A DNA stretch of 64,000 bases from Escherichia coli (GCF_048403405.1 NZ_CP183129.1); one strand, 5' to 3'. Positions 32,236 through 42,468 are shown, counted from the stretch's first letter. A program made the numbers and translations. Notes: generated from the letters alone by a model not told the origin.

Positions 32236-34218
32236 ATGTCACGTCCGCAATTTACCTCGTTGCGTTTGAGTTTGTTGGCTTTGGCTGTTTCTGCCACCTT
32301 GCCAACGTTTGCTTTTGCTACTGAAACCATGACCGTTACGGCAACGGGGAATGCCCGTAGTTCCTTCGAAGCGCCTATGATGGTCAGCGTCATCGACACT
32401 TCCGCTCCTGAAAATCAAACGGCTACTTCAGCCTCCGATCTGCTGCGTCATGTTCCTGGAATTACTCTTGATGGTACCGGACGAACCAACGGCCAGGATG
32501 TAAATATGCGTGGCTATGATCATCGCGGCGTGCTGGTTCTTGTCGATGGTGTTCGCCAGGGAACGGATACCGGACACCTGAATGGCACTTTTCTCGATCC
32601 AGCGCTGATCAAGCGTGTTGAGATTGTTCGCGGACCTTCAGCATTACTGTATGGCAGTGGTGCGCTGGGTGGAGTGATCTCCTACGATACGGTCGATGCA
32701 AAAGATTTATTGCAGGAAGGACAAAGCAGTGGTTTTCGTGTCTTTGGTACTGGCGGCACGGGGGACCATAGCCTGGGATTAGGCGCGAGCGCGTTTGGGC
32801 GAACTGAAAATCTGGATGGTATTGTGGCCTGGTCCAGTCGCGATCGGGGTGATTTACGCCAGAGCAATGGTGAAACCGCGCCGAATGACGAGTCCATTAA
32901 TAACATGCTGGCGAAAGGGACCTGGCAAATTGATTCAGCCCAGTCTCTGAGCGGTTTAGTGCGTTACTACAACAACGACGCGCGTGAACCAAAAAATCCG
33001 CAGACCGTTGAAGCTTCTGATAGCAGCAACCCGATGGTTGATCGTTCAACAATTCAACGCGATGCGCAGCTTTCTTATAAACTCGCCCCGCAGGGCAACG
33101 ACTGGTTAAATGCAGATGCAAAAATTTACTGGTCGGAAGTCCGTATTAATGCGCAAAACACGGGGAGTTCCGGCGAGTATCGTGAACAGATAACAAAAGG
33201 AGCCAGGCTGGAGAACCGTTCCACTCTATTTGCCGACAGTTTCGCTTCTCACTTACTGACATATGGCGGTGAGTATTATCGTCAGGAACAACATCCGGGC
33301 GGCGCGACGACGGGCTTCCCGCAAGCAAAAATCGATTTTAGCTCCGGCTGGCTACAGGATGAGATCACCTTACGAGATCTGCCGATTACTCTGCTTGGCG
33401 GAACCCGCTATGACAGTTATCGCGGTAGCAGCGACGGCTACAAAGATGTTGATGCCGACAAATGGTCATCTCGCGCGGGGATGACTATCAACCCGACTAA
33501 CTGGCTGATGTTATTTGGCTCATATGCCCAGGCATTCCGCGCCCCGACGATGGGCGAAATGTATAACGATTCTAAGCACTTCTCGATTGGTCGCTTCTAT
33601 ACCAACTATTGGGTGCCAAACCCGAACTTACGTCCGGAAACTAACGAAACTCAGGAGTACGGTTTTGGGCTGCGTTTTGATGACCTGATGTTGTCCAATG
33701 ATGCCCTGGAATTTAAAGCCAGCTACTTTGATACCAAAGCGAAGGATTACATCTCCACGACCGTCGATTTCGCGGCGGCGACAACTATGTCGTATAACGT
33801 CCCGAACGCCAAAATCTGGGGCTGGGATGTGATGACGAAATATACCACTGATCTGTTTAGCCTTGATGTGGCCTATAACCGTACCCGCGGCAAAGACACC
33901 GATACCGGCGAATATATCTCCAGTATTAACCCGGATACCGTTACCAGCACCCTGAATATTCCGATCGCTCACAGTGGCTTCTCTGTTGGGTGGGTTGGTA
34001 CGTTTGCCGATCGCTCAACACATATCAGCAGCAGTTACAGCAAACAACCAGGCTATGGCGTGAATGATTTCTACGTCAGTTATCAAGGACAACAGGCGCT
34101 CAAAGGTATGACCACTACTTTGGTGTTGGGTAACGCTTTCGACAAAGAGTACTGGTCGCCACAAGGCATCCCACAGGATGGTCGTAATGGAAAAATTTTC
34201 GTGAGTTATCAATGGTAA
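32236..34218 (+). CDS. chuA: TonB-dependent outer membrane heme/hemoglobin receptor
   Basis: 660 aa; signal peptide, TonB-box-like N-terminus (ETMTVTA), C-terminal beta-barrel ending in aromatic residues (FVSYQW). Confidence 0.93.
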   Translation: MSRPQFTSLRLSLLALAVSATLPTFAFATETMTVTATGNARSSFEAPMMVSVIDTSAPENQTATSASDLLRHVPGITLDGTGRTNGQDVNMRGYDHRGVLVLVDGVRQGTDTGHLNGTFLDPALIKRVEIVRGPSALLYGSGALGGVISYDTVDAKDLLQEGQSSGFRVFGTGGTGDHSLGLGASAFGRTENLDGIVAWSSRDRGDLRQSNGETAPNDESINNMLAKGTWQIDSAQSLSGLVRYYNNDAREPKNPQTVEASDSSNPMVDRSTIQRDAQLSYKLAPQGNDWLNADAKIYWSEVRINAQNTGSSGEYREQITKGARLENRSTLFADSFASHLLTYGGEYYRQEQHPGGATTGFPQAKIDFSSGWLQDEITLRDLPITLLGGTRYDSYRGSSDGYKDVDADKWSSRAGMTINPTNWLMLFGSYAQAFRAPTMGEMYNDSKHFSIGRFYTNYWVPNPNLRPETNETQEYGFGLRFDDLMLSNDALEFKASYFDTKAKDYISTTVDFAAATTMSYNVPNAKIWGWDVMTKYTTDLFSLDVAYNRTRGKDTDTGEYISSINPDTVTSTLNIPIAHSGFSVGWVGTFADRSTHISSSYSKQPGYGVNDFYVSYQGQQALKGMTTTLVLGNAFDKEYWSPQGIPQDGRNGKIFVSYQW

Positions 34219-34266
34219 TCATCTGCCCCGATATTTCGGGGCATTTATCTGGAAGGAAGAGAGACA

Positions 34267-35295
34267 ATGAACCACTACACACGCTGGCTTGAGTTAAAAG
34301 AACAAAATCCCGGAAAGTACGCGCGTGACATCGCAGGTTTAATGAATATTAGCGAAGCAGAACTGGCATTTGCACGCGTCACGCACGATGCGTGGCGGAT
34401 GCGCGGCGATATCCGTGACATTCTGGCGGCGCTCGAAAGTGTTGGCGAGACCAAATGTATTTGTCGTAATGAATATGCAGTCCATGAGCAAGTTGGTGCG
34501 TTCACAAACCAGCATTTGAACGGACATGCCGGATTGATCCTCAATCCACGCGCGCTGGATTTGCGTCTGTTTCTCAATCAATGGGCCAGTGTTTTTCACA
34601 TTAAAGAAAATACGACTCGTGGCGAACGCCAGAGTATTCAGTTCTTTGATCATCAGGGCGATGCATTACTAAAAGTTTATGCCACCGACAATACCGATAT
34701 GGCGGCATGGAGTGAGCTTCTGGCACGGTTTATCACCGATGAGAATACGCCGCTTGAGTTAAAAGCCGTTGATGCGCCAGTCGTTCAAATGCGAGCCGAT
34801 GCCAGTGTGGTCGAGCAAGAGTGGCGGGCGATGACCGACGTTCATCAGTTTTTTACGTTGCTCAAGCGCCACAACCTGACGCGCCAACAGGCGTTCAATC
34901 TGGTGGCAGACGATTTGGCCTGCAAAGTATCCAACAGTGCGTTGGCGCAAATTCTTGAATCTGCACAGCAGGATGGCAATGAAATCATGGTGTTTGTTGG
35001 CAACCGTGGCTGCGTACAGATTTTCACTGGCGTGGTAGAAAAAGTGGTGCCAATGAAAGGTTGGCTGAATATTTTTAACCCGACGTTTACTCTTCATCTA
35101 TTAGAAGAGAGCATTGCTGAAACCTGGGTAACCCGTAAACCTGCTAGTGACGGTTATGTGACCAGTCTGGAATTGTTTGCCCATGATGGTACGCAGATAG
35201 CGCAACTTTATGGTCAACGTACAGAAGGCGAACAGGAGCAAGCGCAATGGCGTAAGCAAATTGCTTCGCTGATACCGGAAGGCGTTGCTGCATAA
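34267..35295 (+). CDS. chuS: Heme oxygenase / heme-degrading protein ChuS
   Basis: 342 aa; immediately downstream of chuA. Confidence 0.88.
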   Translation: MNHYTRWLELKEQNPGKYARDIAGLMNISEAELAFARVTHDAWRMRGDIRDILAALESVGETKCICRNEYAVHEQVGAFTNQHLNGHAGLILNPRALDLRLFLNQWASVFHIKENTTRGERQSIQFFDHQGDALLKVYATDNTDMAAWSELLARFITDENTPLELKAVDAPVVQMRADASVVEQEWRAMTDVHQFFTLLKRHNLTRQQAFNLVADDLACKVSNSALAQILESAQQDGNEIMVFVGNRGCVQIFTGVVEKVVPMKGWLNIFNPTFTLHLLEESIAETWVTRKPASDGYVTSLELFAHDGTQIAQLYGQRTEGEQEQAQWRKQIASLIPEGVAA

Positions 35296-35355
35296 CGTAT
35301 AATTAACGGGAGGTCTGGCTATTTATTGCTGGGCCTCTTTATATTGATCAATCGT

Positions 35356-35886
35356 TCACACCAGATAATCAATATGCTGATGGCGTACCAGCTCATTGAT
35401 CCGCTTAAGATTGAGGATCATCATGATATTGTGTTTATGGCAGTAGAACGTTTTTAGCGATATTTTCAGTTTCTCCAGAATATCTTCCGTTGTCATTTGA
35501 TTCGCAATGCAGCTCAGAACCTGATGCTGCTTGCGCGAAAGGGACACATCCGCTTCAGGCACAGAGCAGTAACTGCCATTGATGAGTGCGACAAAGTCGA
35601 TGATGGTGATAGTTCGCGGAACAAAGGTCACCGGTACTTTCCCCAGGCAGCGTTTAATATTAAAGGGAGAGAAAATAATCACATGGACAGGTTTTAATCG
35701 TTCAATTTGAGTGAGCAAATTAGAATGAAATACATTATTCATTAATGTATCAATAATGACGAAGGCATGCTGATGCAACATTACGTCGATCTCTTCTTCG
35801 TTCTGTATATGAACGACATTACCTTTACTCAGAATGTTTTTCATCGCAGTGAAGAACATCGTATCCCTGGTAATTATAAGAAACAT
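35356..35886 (-). CDS. dctR: LuxR-family regulator DctR (YhiF)
   Basis: 176 aa; sequence matches YhiF/DctR; C-terminal LuxR HTH. Confidence 0.9.
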   Translation of the reverse strand: MFLIITRDTMFFTAMKNILSKGNVVHIQNEEEIDVMLHQHAFVIIDTLMNNVFHSNLLTQIERLKPVHVIIFSPFNIKRCLGKVPVTFVPRTITIIDFVALINGSYCSVPEADVSLSRKQHQVLSCIANQMTTEDILEKLKISLKTFYCHKHNIMMILNLKRINELVRHQHIDYLV

Positions 35887-36038
35887 AACCGACTCCTGGT
35901 GCGGACATTAACTTTATAATCAGTTTGCCAAAGGTAATTAACAGGACAGGGCTTATAATAATAGTTAGCTGGCTGTGTATTAATTTGATGTAATGCATGA
36001 TGCAGATGCTGAGAAAGCATCTGCATCTCTCGGTGGTG

Positions 36039-36605
36039 TTATTTGACCAGCTCAGGTGTTACCTGACTCACCGCATTGGTGTAGTAAGGCGCGCCCCAGC
36101 CCGGTTCCGGCCAGAATGCACCATAGCCGTAATCCCACAGGTTATAGGTGGTATTAACCACTTCTCTCAAATGCCACACCTGGATGCCCTGCATATTCAC
36201 TTCGAGGAAGTTATACGGGACTTTATTGATAAAGCCAGGTTGTTCACCCTGAATGGTACCGAGGATGGTAACAAAGTGATTACGATAGTTCACTGGATCA
36301 AGGAAGCCGCTTTGTCTGGCGAGCAGTCGGCCCTGATAGTTGGCTTCAATATCAGGCTTCGCATAGCTATCCAACGGTAATACAGCGATTTCTAACAACG
36401 TATCCGTTTTGCCATTGATAACGTTGATAACCTTCCCACCAAAGCGCGCTTGTTGACCAACATATAACCCCGGCTGGTTATGAACAGCAACAAAACTTTT
36501 TTGAATATCAGGTTGGTTATTGCCTTTGATATTTTGCGGAATTGAACTACATGCGGCAAGCAAAAATGAAAGGCTGAGGATGAGTGCACCTTTTGTCATG
36601 TTCAT
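36039..36605 (-). CDS. slp: Outer membrane lipoprotein Slp (starvation/acid inducible)
   Basis: 188 aa from MNMTKGALILSLSFLLAACSS (lipobox LAAC); the ORF-track N-terminal extension is rejected. Confidence 0.9.
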   Translation of the reverse strand: MNMTKGALILSLSFLLAACSSIPQNIKGNNQPDIQKSFVAVHNQPGLYVGQQARFGGKVINVINGKTDTLLEIAVLPLDSYAKPDIEANYQGRLLARQSGFLDPVNYRNHFVTILGTIQGEQPGFINKVPYNFLEVNMQGIQVWHLREVVNTTYNLWDYGYGAFWPEPGWGAPYYTNAVSQVTPELVK

Positions 36606-36849
36606 GTTACTATCCTTATCAACAAATATTAAAACCATAATAGATATTTCTTTATAGTTTTCATCTGATTCTGAGGCGATATGCCTGATAGTAACGTAAA
36701 CCTGTCTGATGTTTATATCCCTTCTGTTTAGTTTAATTCTGTTAATTTTGGGGCGTGACATGAGTATCCATCGCCCCATAAAATAGCCTTTTTTTAAAGG
36801 TACATAAAATCTATTTTTATTCAATGATTATAAAGTGCTAATGTTCATA

Positions 36850-38073
36850 TTATGGGATTATATTCTGGTAATGATTTGATAAGCGAATTCTTTTGCCAGT
36901 TGGTGTTTCTATTTCCACCCCATAATTTATAGTTTTTTCATCAGGTAGCGATCTCTTTAAATAAGGTGCGCATGACATTTTTTTTGGGTTAAGCGTCTCG
37001 CGTTGAAATACTTCGAATTGATATTCAGACATTTCTGCCCATGTTTGAATTTTATTGTATCGGGAGAGTGTCGTAAAGGCTTTAACTTGCTTATAACATT
37101 GTTTTTTGAATTCTTGCTGATATTTTAATATGTCATTGTATGAAATATTGGTTATCCTGGCCTCTAAGAATTTAATTATTGTCGAAGCAATTTCCGCTTT
37201 TGCTCGTAAAAAGTTGTCATTAATGGTTAATAATGTTGAAAATAAACCTTCGATTTGTTTGTCAAGATATTGTTCGTCTTTATATAATTTTGGGGCAGGG
37301 TGTTCTTTATGTGAAAAAATAGTGTCACCTAAATTTGCGTCAGTGAAATTTATATTAAGTAGATCTTCGAAATAAAACCTTGACAAGGTTAGAACGAACC
37401 CGGACAGGTTCTGTCCTGTCATATTGAAATCAATAAAGTTGGTTCCGGCAAAGACTTTCATCCTGTTTTTATTTTCACTGTGCTCAATATATAACTTCGT
37501 CATTTTTTGATACAGGTTTTGAATATCTTTTATATTAGTCGGTAAGTCAGCTCGTTGTTCAGCAATAAAATTAGTATCTGAAAACATGGTTTGGACACTG
37601 AATCTTACTGGTATTCCCTCTTCTACGCTAATTTTAGTTATGATTGCCTTGTCGGGTTTAGGATTAGCGACAACAATGATTCGACATTCAGCACTTTTGT
37701 TTTTTTCGTATCTAATGTTATTAATCTGATTAAGTATTGATTGTGTCTGTTGCGTAAGTGGTGTCGAACTTATCGTTTCAATGTTAGTAATAAGACTTAC
37801 AAGTTGAGTCACAACTTTTGAGTATTCTGCATTTGTATATGTAGTGTTCGTGTGGCACGCATTAATTTGTTGGAGTTGTTGTTGCGCTAAATCAAATTGT
37901 TCAGCGTTATATCCTTCTTCAGACAATGAAAAATTAATGGGTTGCTGTTCTTCCTGATTATCACAAGGCCACATCGGTGTGTCTGGTGTTTTAACATTGT
38001 CGGTATCTGTTGTGCGGTTATAAATATCGCCGTGATATGTATTTATCATACCTGGGGTAAAGTCAATTGACAT
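36850..38073 (-). CDS. Hypothetical 407-aa protein with a C-terminal pentapeptide-repeat region; possibly the intact form of yhiS
   Basis: Long ORF in AT-rich DNA; residues ~205-250 show a 5-residue periodicity ([43 protein letters not shown]); sits where K-12 carries the IS5-disrupted yhiS remnant. Confidence 0.6.
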   Translation of the reverse strand: MSIDFTPGMINTYHGDIYNRTTDTDNVKTPDTPMWPCDNQEEQQPINFSLSEEGYNAEQFDLAQQQLQQINACHTNTTYTNAEYSKVVTQLVSLITNIETISSTPLTQQTQSILNQINNIRYEKNKSAECRIIVVANPKPDKAIITKISVEEGIPVRFSVQTMFSDTNFIAEQRADLPTNIKDIQNLYQKMTKLYIEHSENKNRMKVFAGTNFIDFNMTGQNLSGFVLTLSRFYFEDLLNINFTDANLGDTIFSHKEHPAPKLYKDEQYLDKQIEGLFSTLLTINDNFLRAKAEIASTIIKFLEARITNISYNDILKYQQEFKKQCYKQVKAFTTLSRYNKIQTWAEMSEYQFEVFQRETLNPKKMSCAPYLKRSLPDEKTINYGVEIETPTGKRIRLSNHYQNIIP

Positions 38074-38652
38074 AACATTCCTTATTGTTCATCTATTTCG
38101 CTAAATTTTTTAAATCGGAAAATTAGAGCAGGAATGGATTTTCTTCTACGCGGAAATAAACACAATGCGTCATATCTTCCTGATATAATTACCTTTAACT
38201 TCCCTTTCATTTCCACCCGGTAATATTTGTGTATAAAAAAAGGGCAGTGATAGTATCGTAAAGGAAAACGTTAACAACTATCAAAAAGCGCTCATTTTAA
38301 AAAGTTATGATGTTCACCGATAGTGTGTGAAGTGATATTTTTGTGATGTTTTAGATGTGTAATAATGAACCAGGTTAAAGTGTATTTAAAAATGTGTTGT
38401 ATTGGCGACTGAAATCTGCCCTTTAAAAGGGGGGATAGCACTGAAACAAAGAGACATTGCTTCTCCGATAAAATGTCAGAGAAGCATGATTGCGTGGTGA
38501 TTGTCGATTGATGACTTACTGACGGATCCGTCATCATTCTCAATGCAATAGTTAAATTATTTGTGATTTTTAAGGATTATCCTGTCTATGATTTTCTACT
38601 TAGAAGGATATGGCACTAACTATGCATCTTATAGTTTACTGCTGGCATCTAT

Positions 38653-39666
38653 TTAAAATAGCATTTGAGTCAAATAGCCCATCAAGATAGCCATACCTAA
38701 GATAACCGTCAGGAATGCAACTATCATCGGCATTCTGAACATTGATTTAAGTAATATCACTTCCGTCAGGCTTGCGCCGGCACTGCCGATGATTAATGCC
38801 ATTAATGCTCCCAGACCCATTCCTTTTGTCATCAGAACAGCTGCCAGAGGGATAACCGCCTCTGCCCGGATATACAGCGGAATTCCGACAACGGCGCTCA
38901 ATGGGATGGCGAAGGGATTATCTGCCCCTGCATGAGCGGCAATCCACTCTGAGGGAATAAAGCCATAAATAAAAGAGCCTATTAATACCCCCAACAAAAG
39001 ATATGGCAGTACATCTTTAAACTGTTGCAACGCATCTTTGGTGGCTAGTTTTATGGGATTAATACTTACCACAGCTTTGGTACTGCAACAGGGAACTACG
39101 GGTTTCTCAATGGCTTTAGCCGCTGGACTACAGCAACTCACTTTTATTGGCATATATGTCGTCCCCGGCGAAGTTTTGGCTTGAGCACAACAATTTGCTG
39201 ATGAGCTTTTACTGGCAATGATATGACGTTCAAATCCCAGAGAATCCAGGATAATACTGGCAAGTACGGAGACGCCGGCGGCGATAATCGCGTACAACAA
39301 GGTAACTTTCCAGCCAAAGGTCACCCACATTAACCCGACGATAATGGGATTAAGTAATGGGGAAACAAATAAAAAAGTGAGGGTCGGACCAAACCCGGCT
39401 TTCGCTGATAACAATCCACGTAACATGGGGATTGTCGAGCAACTACAGAACGGGGTAACGGCTCCCAACAGAGCAGCCAGGAGATAACCTCTCCCTTTTC
39501 TGGCCCCCATCATCTGCTGGATTTTATGGTCTGGCACCTTTTGTCTTATCAGGCTCACACCGGCACTAATCACTATAAACAGCAAAGAAAGCTCAACGGC
39601 GAGAAACACAAACATCTCTGCGGCATCTTGCAGCATCGCAAGCCAACTACTCATACGTAACCTCAT
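38653..39666 (-). CDS. DUF318 / ArsP-like permease with Cys-rich loop
   Basis: 337 aa, about 8 TM segments; TPFCSCSTIP motif; central hydrophilic loop with three vicinal Cys pairs (NCCAQ...VSCCSP...VPCCST). Confidence 0.75.
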   Translation of the reverse strand: MRLRMSSWLAMLQDAAEMFVFLAVELSLLFIVISAGVSLIRQKVPDHKIQQMMGARKGRGYLLAALLGAVTPFCSCSTIPMLRGLLSAKAGFGPTLTFLFVSPLLNPIIVGLMWVTFGWKVTLLYAIIAAGVSVLASIILDSLGFERHIIASKSSSANCCAQAKTSPGTTYMPIKVSCCSPAAKAIEKPVVPCCSTKAVVSINPIKLATKDALQQFKDVLPYLLLGVLIGSFIYGFIPSEWIAAHAGADNPFAIPLSAVVGIPLYIRAEAVIPLAAVLMTKGMGLGALMALIIGSAGASLTEVILLKSMFRMPMIVAFLTVILGMAILMGYLTQMLF

Positions 39667-39761
39667 TGAATAAATCTATATTTCCAGAATAATCGAAATG
39701 AAATTCAGATCAAGATATTTCTGGTATTATCGAAATATCAACCAGACAAAGGGGGTGTCAT

Positions 39762-40058
39762 ATGCAGTTGGAAGAAGTTGCTAAAGCGCTGAAAGAGCTA
39801 GGTCACCCGACCCGTTTGTTCATATTCAAACACCTGGTCAAAGCGGGGGAACAAGGTTTGCCGGTCGGTGAGTTGCAAAAGCAGCTTGGGATACCCGGCT
39901 CTACACTCAGTCACCATATTTCAGCACTGGTATCGGTAGGGCTGGTCAAACAAAACCGTGAGAGTCGAACGCTGATGTGTGTTTCGCAATACGCAATGCT
40001 GGAAGCGATAATTGAATTCTTACGCGAGGAGTGCTGCGTAAATAGCAAAATTGCCTGA
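39762..40058 (+). CDS. ArsR/SmtB-family winged-helix regulator (non-canonical, C-terminal ECCV)
   Basis: 98 aa; HTH region (LPVGELQKQLGIPGSTLSHHISALVSVGLV) typical of ArsR/SmtB; divergent from the permease gene; lacks the ELCVCDL metalloid site of canonical ArsR. Confidence 0.7.
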   Translation: MQLEEVAKALKELGHPTRLFIFKHLVKAGEQGLPVGELQKQLGIPGSTLSHHISALVSVGLVKQNRESRTLMCVSQYAMLEAIIEFLREECCVNSKIA

Positions 40059-40106
40059 TGCGCTACGCGCTACAGATTTCATGCCATGCACGGTTTTGTA
40101 GGTCGG

Positions 40107-40145
40107 ATAAGACGCGTTAGCGTCGCATCCGACATAAACAAAGCG
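40107..40145. repeat. REP (repetitive extragenic palindromic) element
   Basis: gtaggtcggataagacgcgttagcgtcgcatccgacat resembles the REP/PU consensus (GTAGGCCGGATAAGGCG...GCATCCGGC). Confidence 0.6.
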
Positions 40146-40180
40146 CACTTTACCAACTATGGGCAGTGGATATCGCCGCT

Positions 40181-40606
40181 TTATTTCAAGCGTTTACCCG
40201 CTTCATCAACCACTTTCTCGCCATCTTCCTTGGTGAACGCGCCTTGTTGCGCATCTGGCAGAATTTCCAGCACCACTTCTGAAGGGCGACACAGGCGAGT
40301 TCCCAGCGGCGTCACCACAATCGGGCGATTAATCAGAATCGGGTGCTGAAGCATAAAGTCGATTAACCGATCGTCAGTAAATTTATCTTCTGCAAGGCCC
40401 AGTTCCTCATACGGCTCGACGTTTTTACGCAGCAGCGCGCGTACGGAAATCCCCATATCGGCAATGAGTTTGACCAGTTCATCACGCGTCGGTGGGGTTT
40501 CCAGATAATAGACGATGGTCGGTTCTGTACCGCTGTTGCGGATCATCTCCAGCGTATTACGCGACGTACCGCAGGCCGGGTTGTGATAAATGGTAATGTT
40601 GCTCAT
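40181..40606 (-). CDS. arsC: Arsenate reductase (glutaredoxin-coupled)
   Basis: 141 aa; MSNITIYHNPACGTSRNTL with the catalytic Cys. Confidence 0.95.
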   Translation of the reverse strand: MSNITIYHNPACGTSRNTLEMIRNSGTEPTIVYYLETPPTRDELVKLIADMGISVRALLRKNVEPYEELGLAEDKFTDDRLIDFMLQHPILINRPIVVTPLGTRLCRPSEVVLEILPDAQQGAFTKEDGEKVVDEAGKRLK

Positions 40607-40618
40607 ATCAATATCTCA

Positions 40619-41908
40619 TTACAAAGTGAAAGAGAGACGTAGCGCCAGCGCAGCCAGCGTCACAAAAAGCACCGGCAGGGTCATGATAATCCCTGTACGG
40701 AAGTAATATCCCCAGCTGATAGTCATATTCTTCTGCGAAAGAACGTGCAGCCAGAGTAGCGTAGCCAGGCTACCAATTGGGGTAATTTTCGGCCCCAAAT
40801 CGCAGCCAATCACGTTGGCATAAACCATCGCTTCTTTGATAACGCCAGATGCCGTGCTGCCATCAATGGACAACGCGCCAACCAGTACCGTCGGCATATT
40901 GTTCATAATAGAAGAGAGGAAGGCGGTGAGGAATCCGGTGCCGAGCGTCGCGGCCCACAGGCCGTTTTCCGCCAGCACGTTGAGTACGCCAGAAAGATAT
41001 TCCGTTAGTCCGGCATTGCGCAGGCCATAAACCACCAGATACATGCCGAGCGAGAAGATGACAATCTGCCAGGGCGCACCGCGTAGCACCTTACCCGTAT
41101 TAATTGCATGACCGCGTTTAGCGACGGCAAATAATATCAGCGCGCCCACTGCCGCAATGGCGCTGACCGGAATGCCGAGCGGTTCCAGAACGAAAAATCC
41201 CACCAGCAGAAGCAGTAAAACAACCCAGCCAGTTTTGAACGTAGCAGGATCTTTAATCGCTTCTGCGGGAGATTTCAGCAGCGCCATGTCGTAGTTCTGC
41301 GGAATATCTTTGCGGAAATAGAGATGCAACATCACCAGCGTGGCAACAATCGCGGCGATATCCACCGGCACCATCACCGAGGCATATTCGCGAAAGCCGA
41401 GGCCAAAGAAATCTGCGGAAACGATATTCACCAGGTTGGAGACAATAAGCGGCAGGCTGGCGGTATCGGCAATGAACCCGGCCGCCATCACGAACGCAAG
41501 CGTCGTGCCTTTACTGAACCCTAAAGCCAGCAGCATGGCGATGACAATCGGTGTCAAAATAAGCGCCGCGCCATCATTGGCAAACAGAGCTGCAACGGCA
41601 GCACCGAGCAGGACAATCCAGGTAAACAGCAAGCGACCGCGTCCATTGCCCCAGCGTGAGACGTGCAGCGCTGCCCATTCAAAAAAGCCGGACTCATCCA
41701 GCAGCAGGCTGATGATAATAACGGCAATAAACGCAGCCGTCGCGTTCCAGACGATATTCCACACCACCGGAATATCACCCGGATGTACCACGCCCGTAAC
41801 TAACGCCAGTACTGCGCCGAGTGTTGCACTCCAGCCGATGCCTAAACCTTTCGGCTGCCAGATAACCAATACGATGGTCAGGACAAAGATAGCGCCTGCC
41901 AGTAACAT
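40619..41908 (-). CDS. arsB: Arsenite/antimonite efflux permease
   Basis: 429 aa from [13 protein letters not shown]...; polytopic membrane protein. Confidence 0.93.
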   Translation of the reverse strand: MLLAGAIFVLTIVLVIWQPKGLGIGWSATLGAVLALVTGVVHPGDIPVVWNIVWNATAAFIAVIIISLLLDESGFFEWAALHVSRWGNGRGRLLFTWIVLLGAAVAALFANDGAALILTPIVIAMLLALGFSKGTTLAFVMAAGFIADTASLPLIVSNLVNIVSADFFGLGFREYASVMVPVDIAAIVATLVMLHLYFRKDIPQNYDMALLKSPAEAIKDPATFKTGWVVLLLLLVGFFVLEPLGIPVSAIAAVGALILFAVAKRGHAINTGKVLRGAPWQIVIFSLGMYLVVYGLRNAGLTEYLSGVLNVLAENGLWAATLGTGFLTAFLSSIMNNMPTVLVGALSIDGSTASGVIKEAMVYANVIGCDLGPKITPIGSLATLLWLHVLSQKNMTISWGYYFRTGIIMTLPVLFVTLAALALRLSFTL

Positions 41909-41962
41909 AATGCCTCCCGGAAAAAACACATGTGCAAATCCATATGTGTTTAGATAAATTTT

Positions 41963-42316
41963 TTAACTACAAATGTTCTTACTGTCTTCGGAACAATTTT
42001 GTCGAGCCAGGTTGCGGACAATCACCTGAACCTTTTCCTGTTCGCATCGCCAGGCCTGCTCAATAATTTTCGCGGCCCATGATGGAATATGCGGTGATAA
42101 GCGGTAATGAACCCACTTACCCTGCTTGCGATCCAGCAATAGCCCACTTTCACGCAGCAATGCCAGGTGGCGGGATATCTTGGGCTGCGACTGATCGAGG
42201 GCAGTACAGAGATCGCAGACGCATAATTCTCCCAGCTCGCTGAGCAGTAAAACGATGCCCAGACGGGTTTCATCAGCAAGAATTTTGAACAGTTGGATGG
42301 GTAACAGAAATGACAT
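41963..42316 (-). CDS. arsR: Arsenical resistance operon repressor
   Basis: 117 aa; ELCVCDL metalloid-binding motif within the HTH. Confidence 0.95.
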   Translation of the reverse strand: MSFLLPIQLFKILADETRLGIVLLLSELGELCVCDLCTALDQSQPKISRHLALLRESGLLLDRKQGKWVHYRLSPHIPSWAAKIIEQAWRCEQEKVQVIVRNLARQNCSEDSKNICS

Positions 42317-42468
42317 ATTGCGCTCCTGATTGTTGCAGGTAGTGTCTCTCTTCGAAGCGGATAAGTCAAAAACATATATGGTTTAACGAATGTGTATGTG
42401 CAGAGGAAGGTAATAGGTGTGAATTTTGAGTTGGCTATTCATTTGAAAGGAGGTCTGAATCAGGACGT

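Noticed and set aside
38292-38543. 83-aa ORF between the pentapeptide-repeat gene and the permease
   Set aside because: AT-rich intergenic DNA, no ribosome-binding site or domain; probably promoter or leader sequence.
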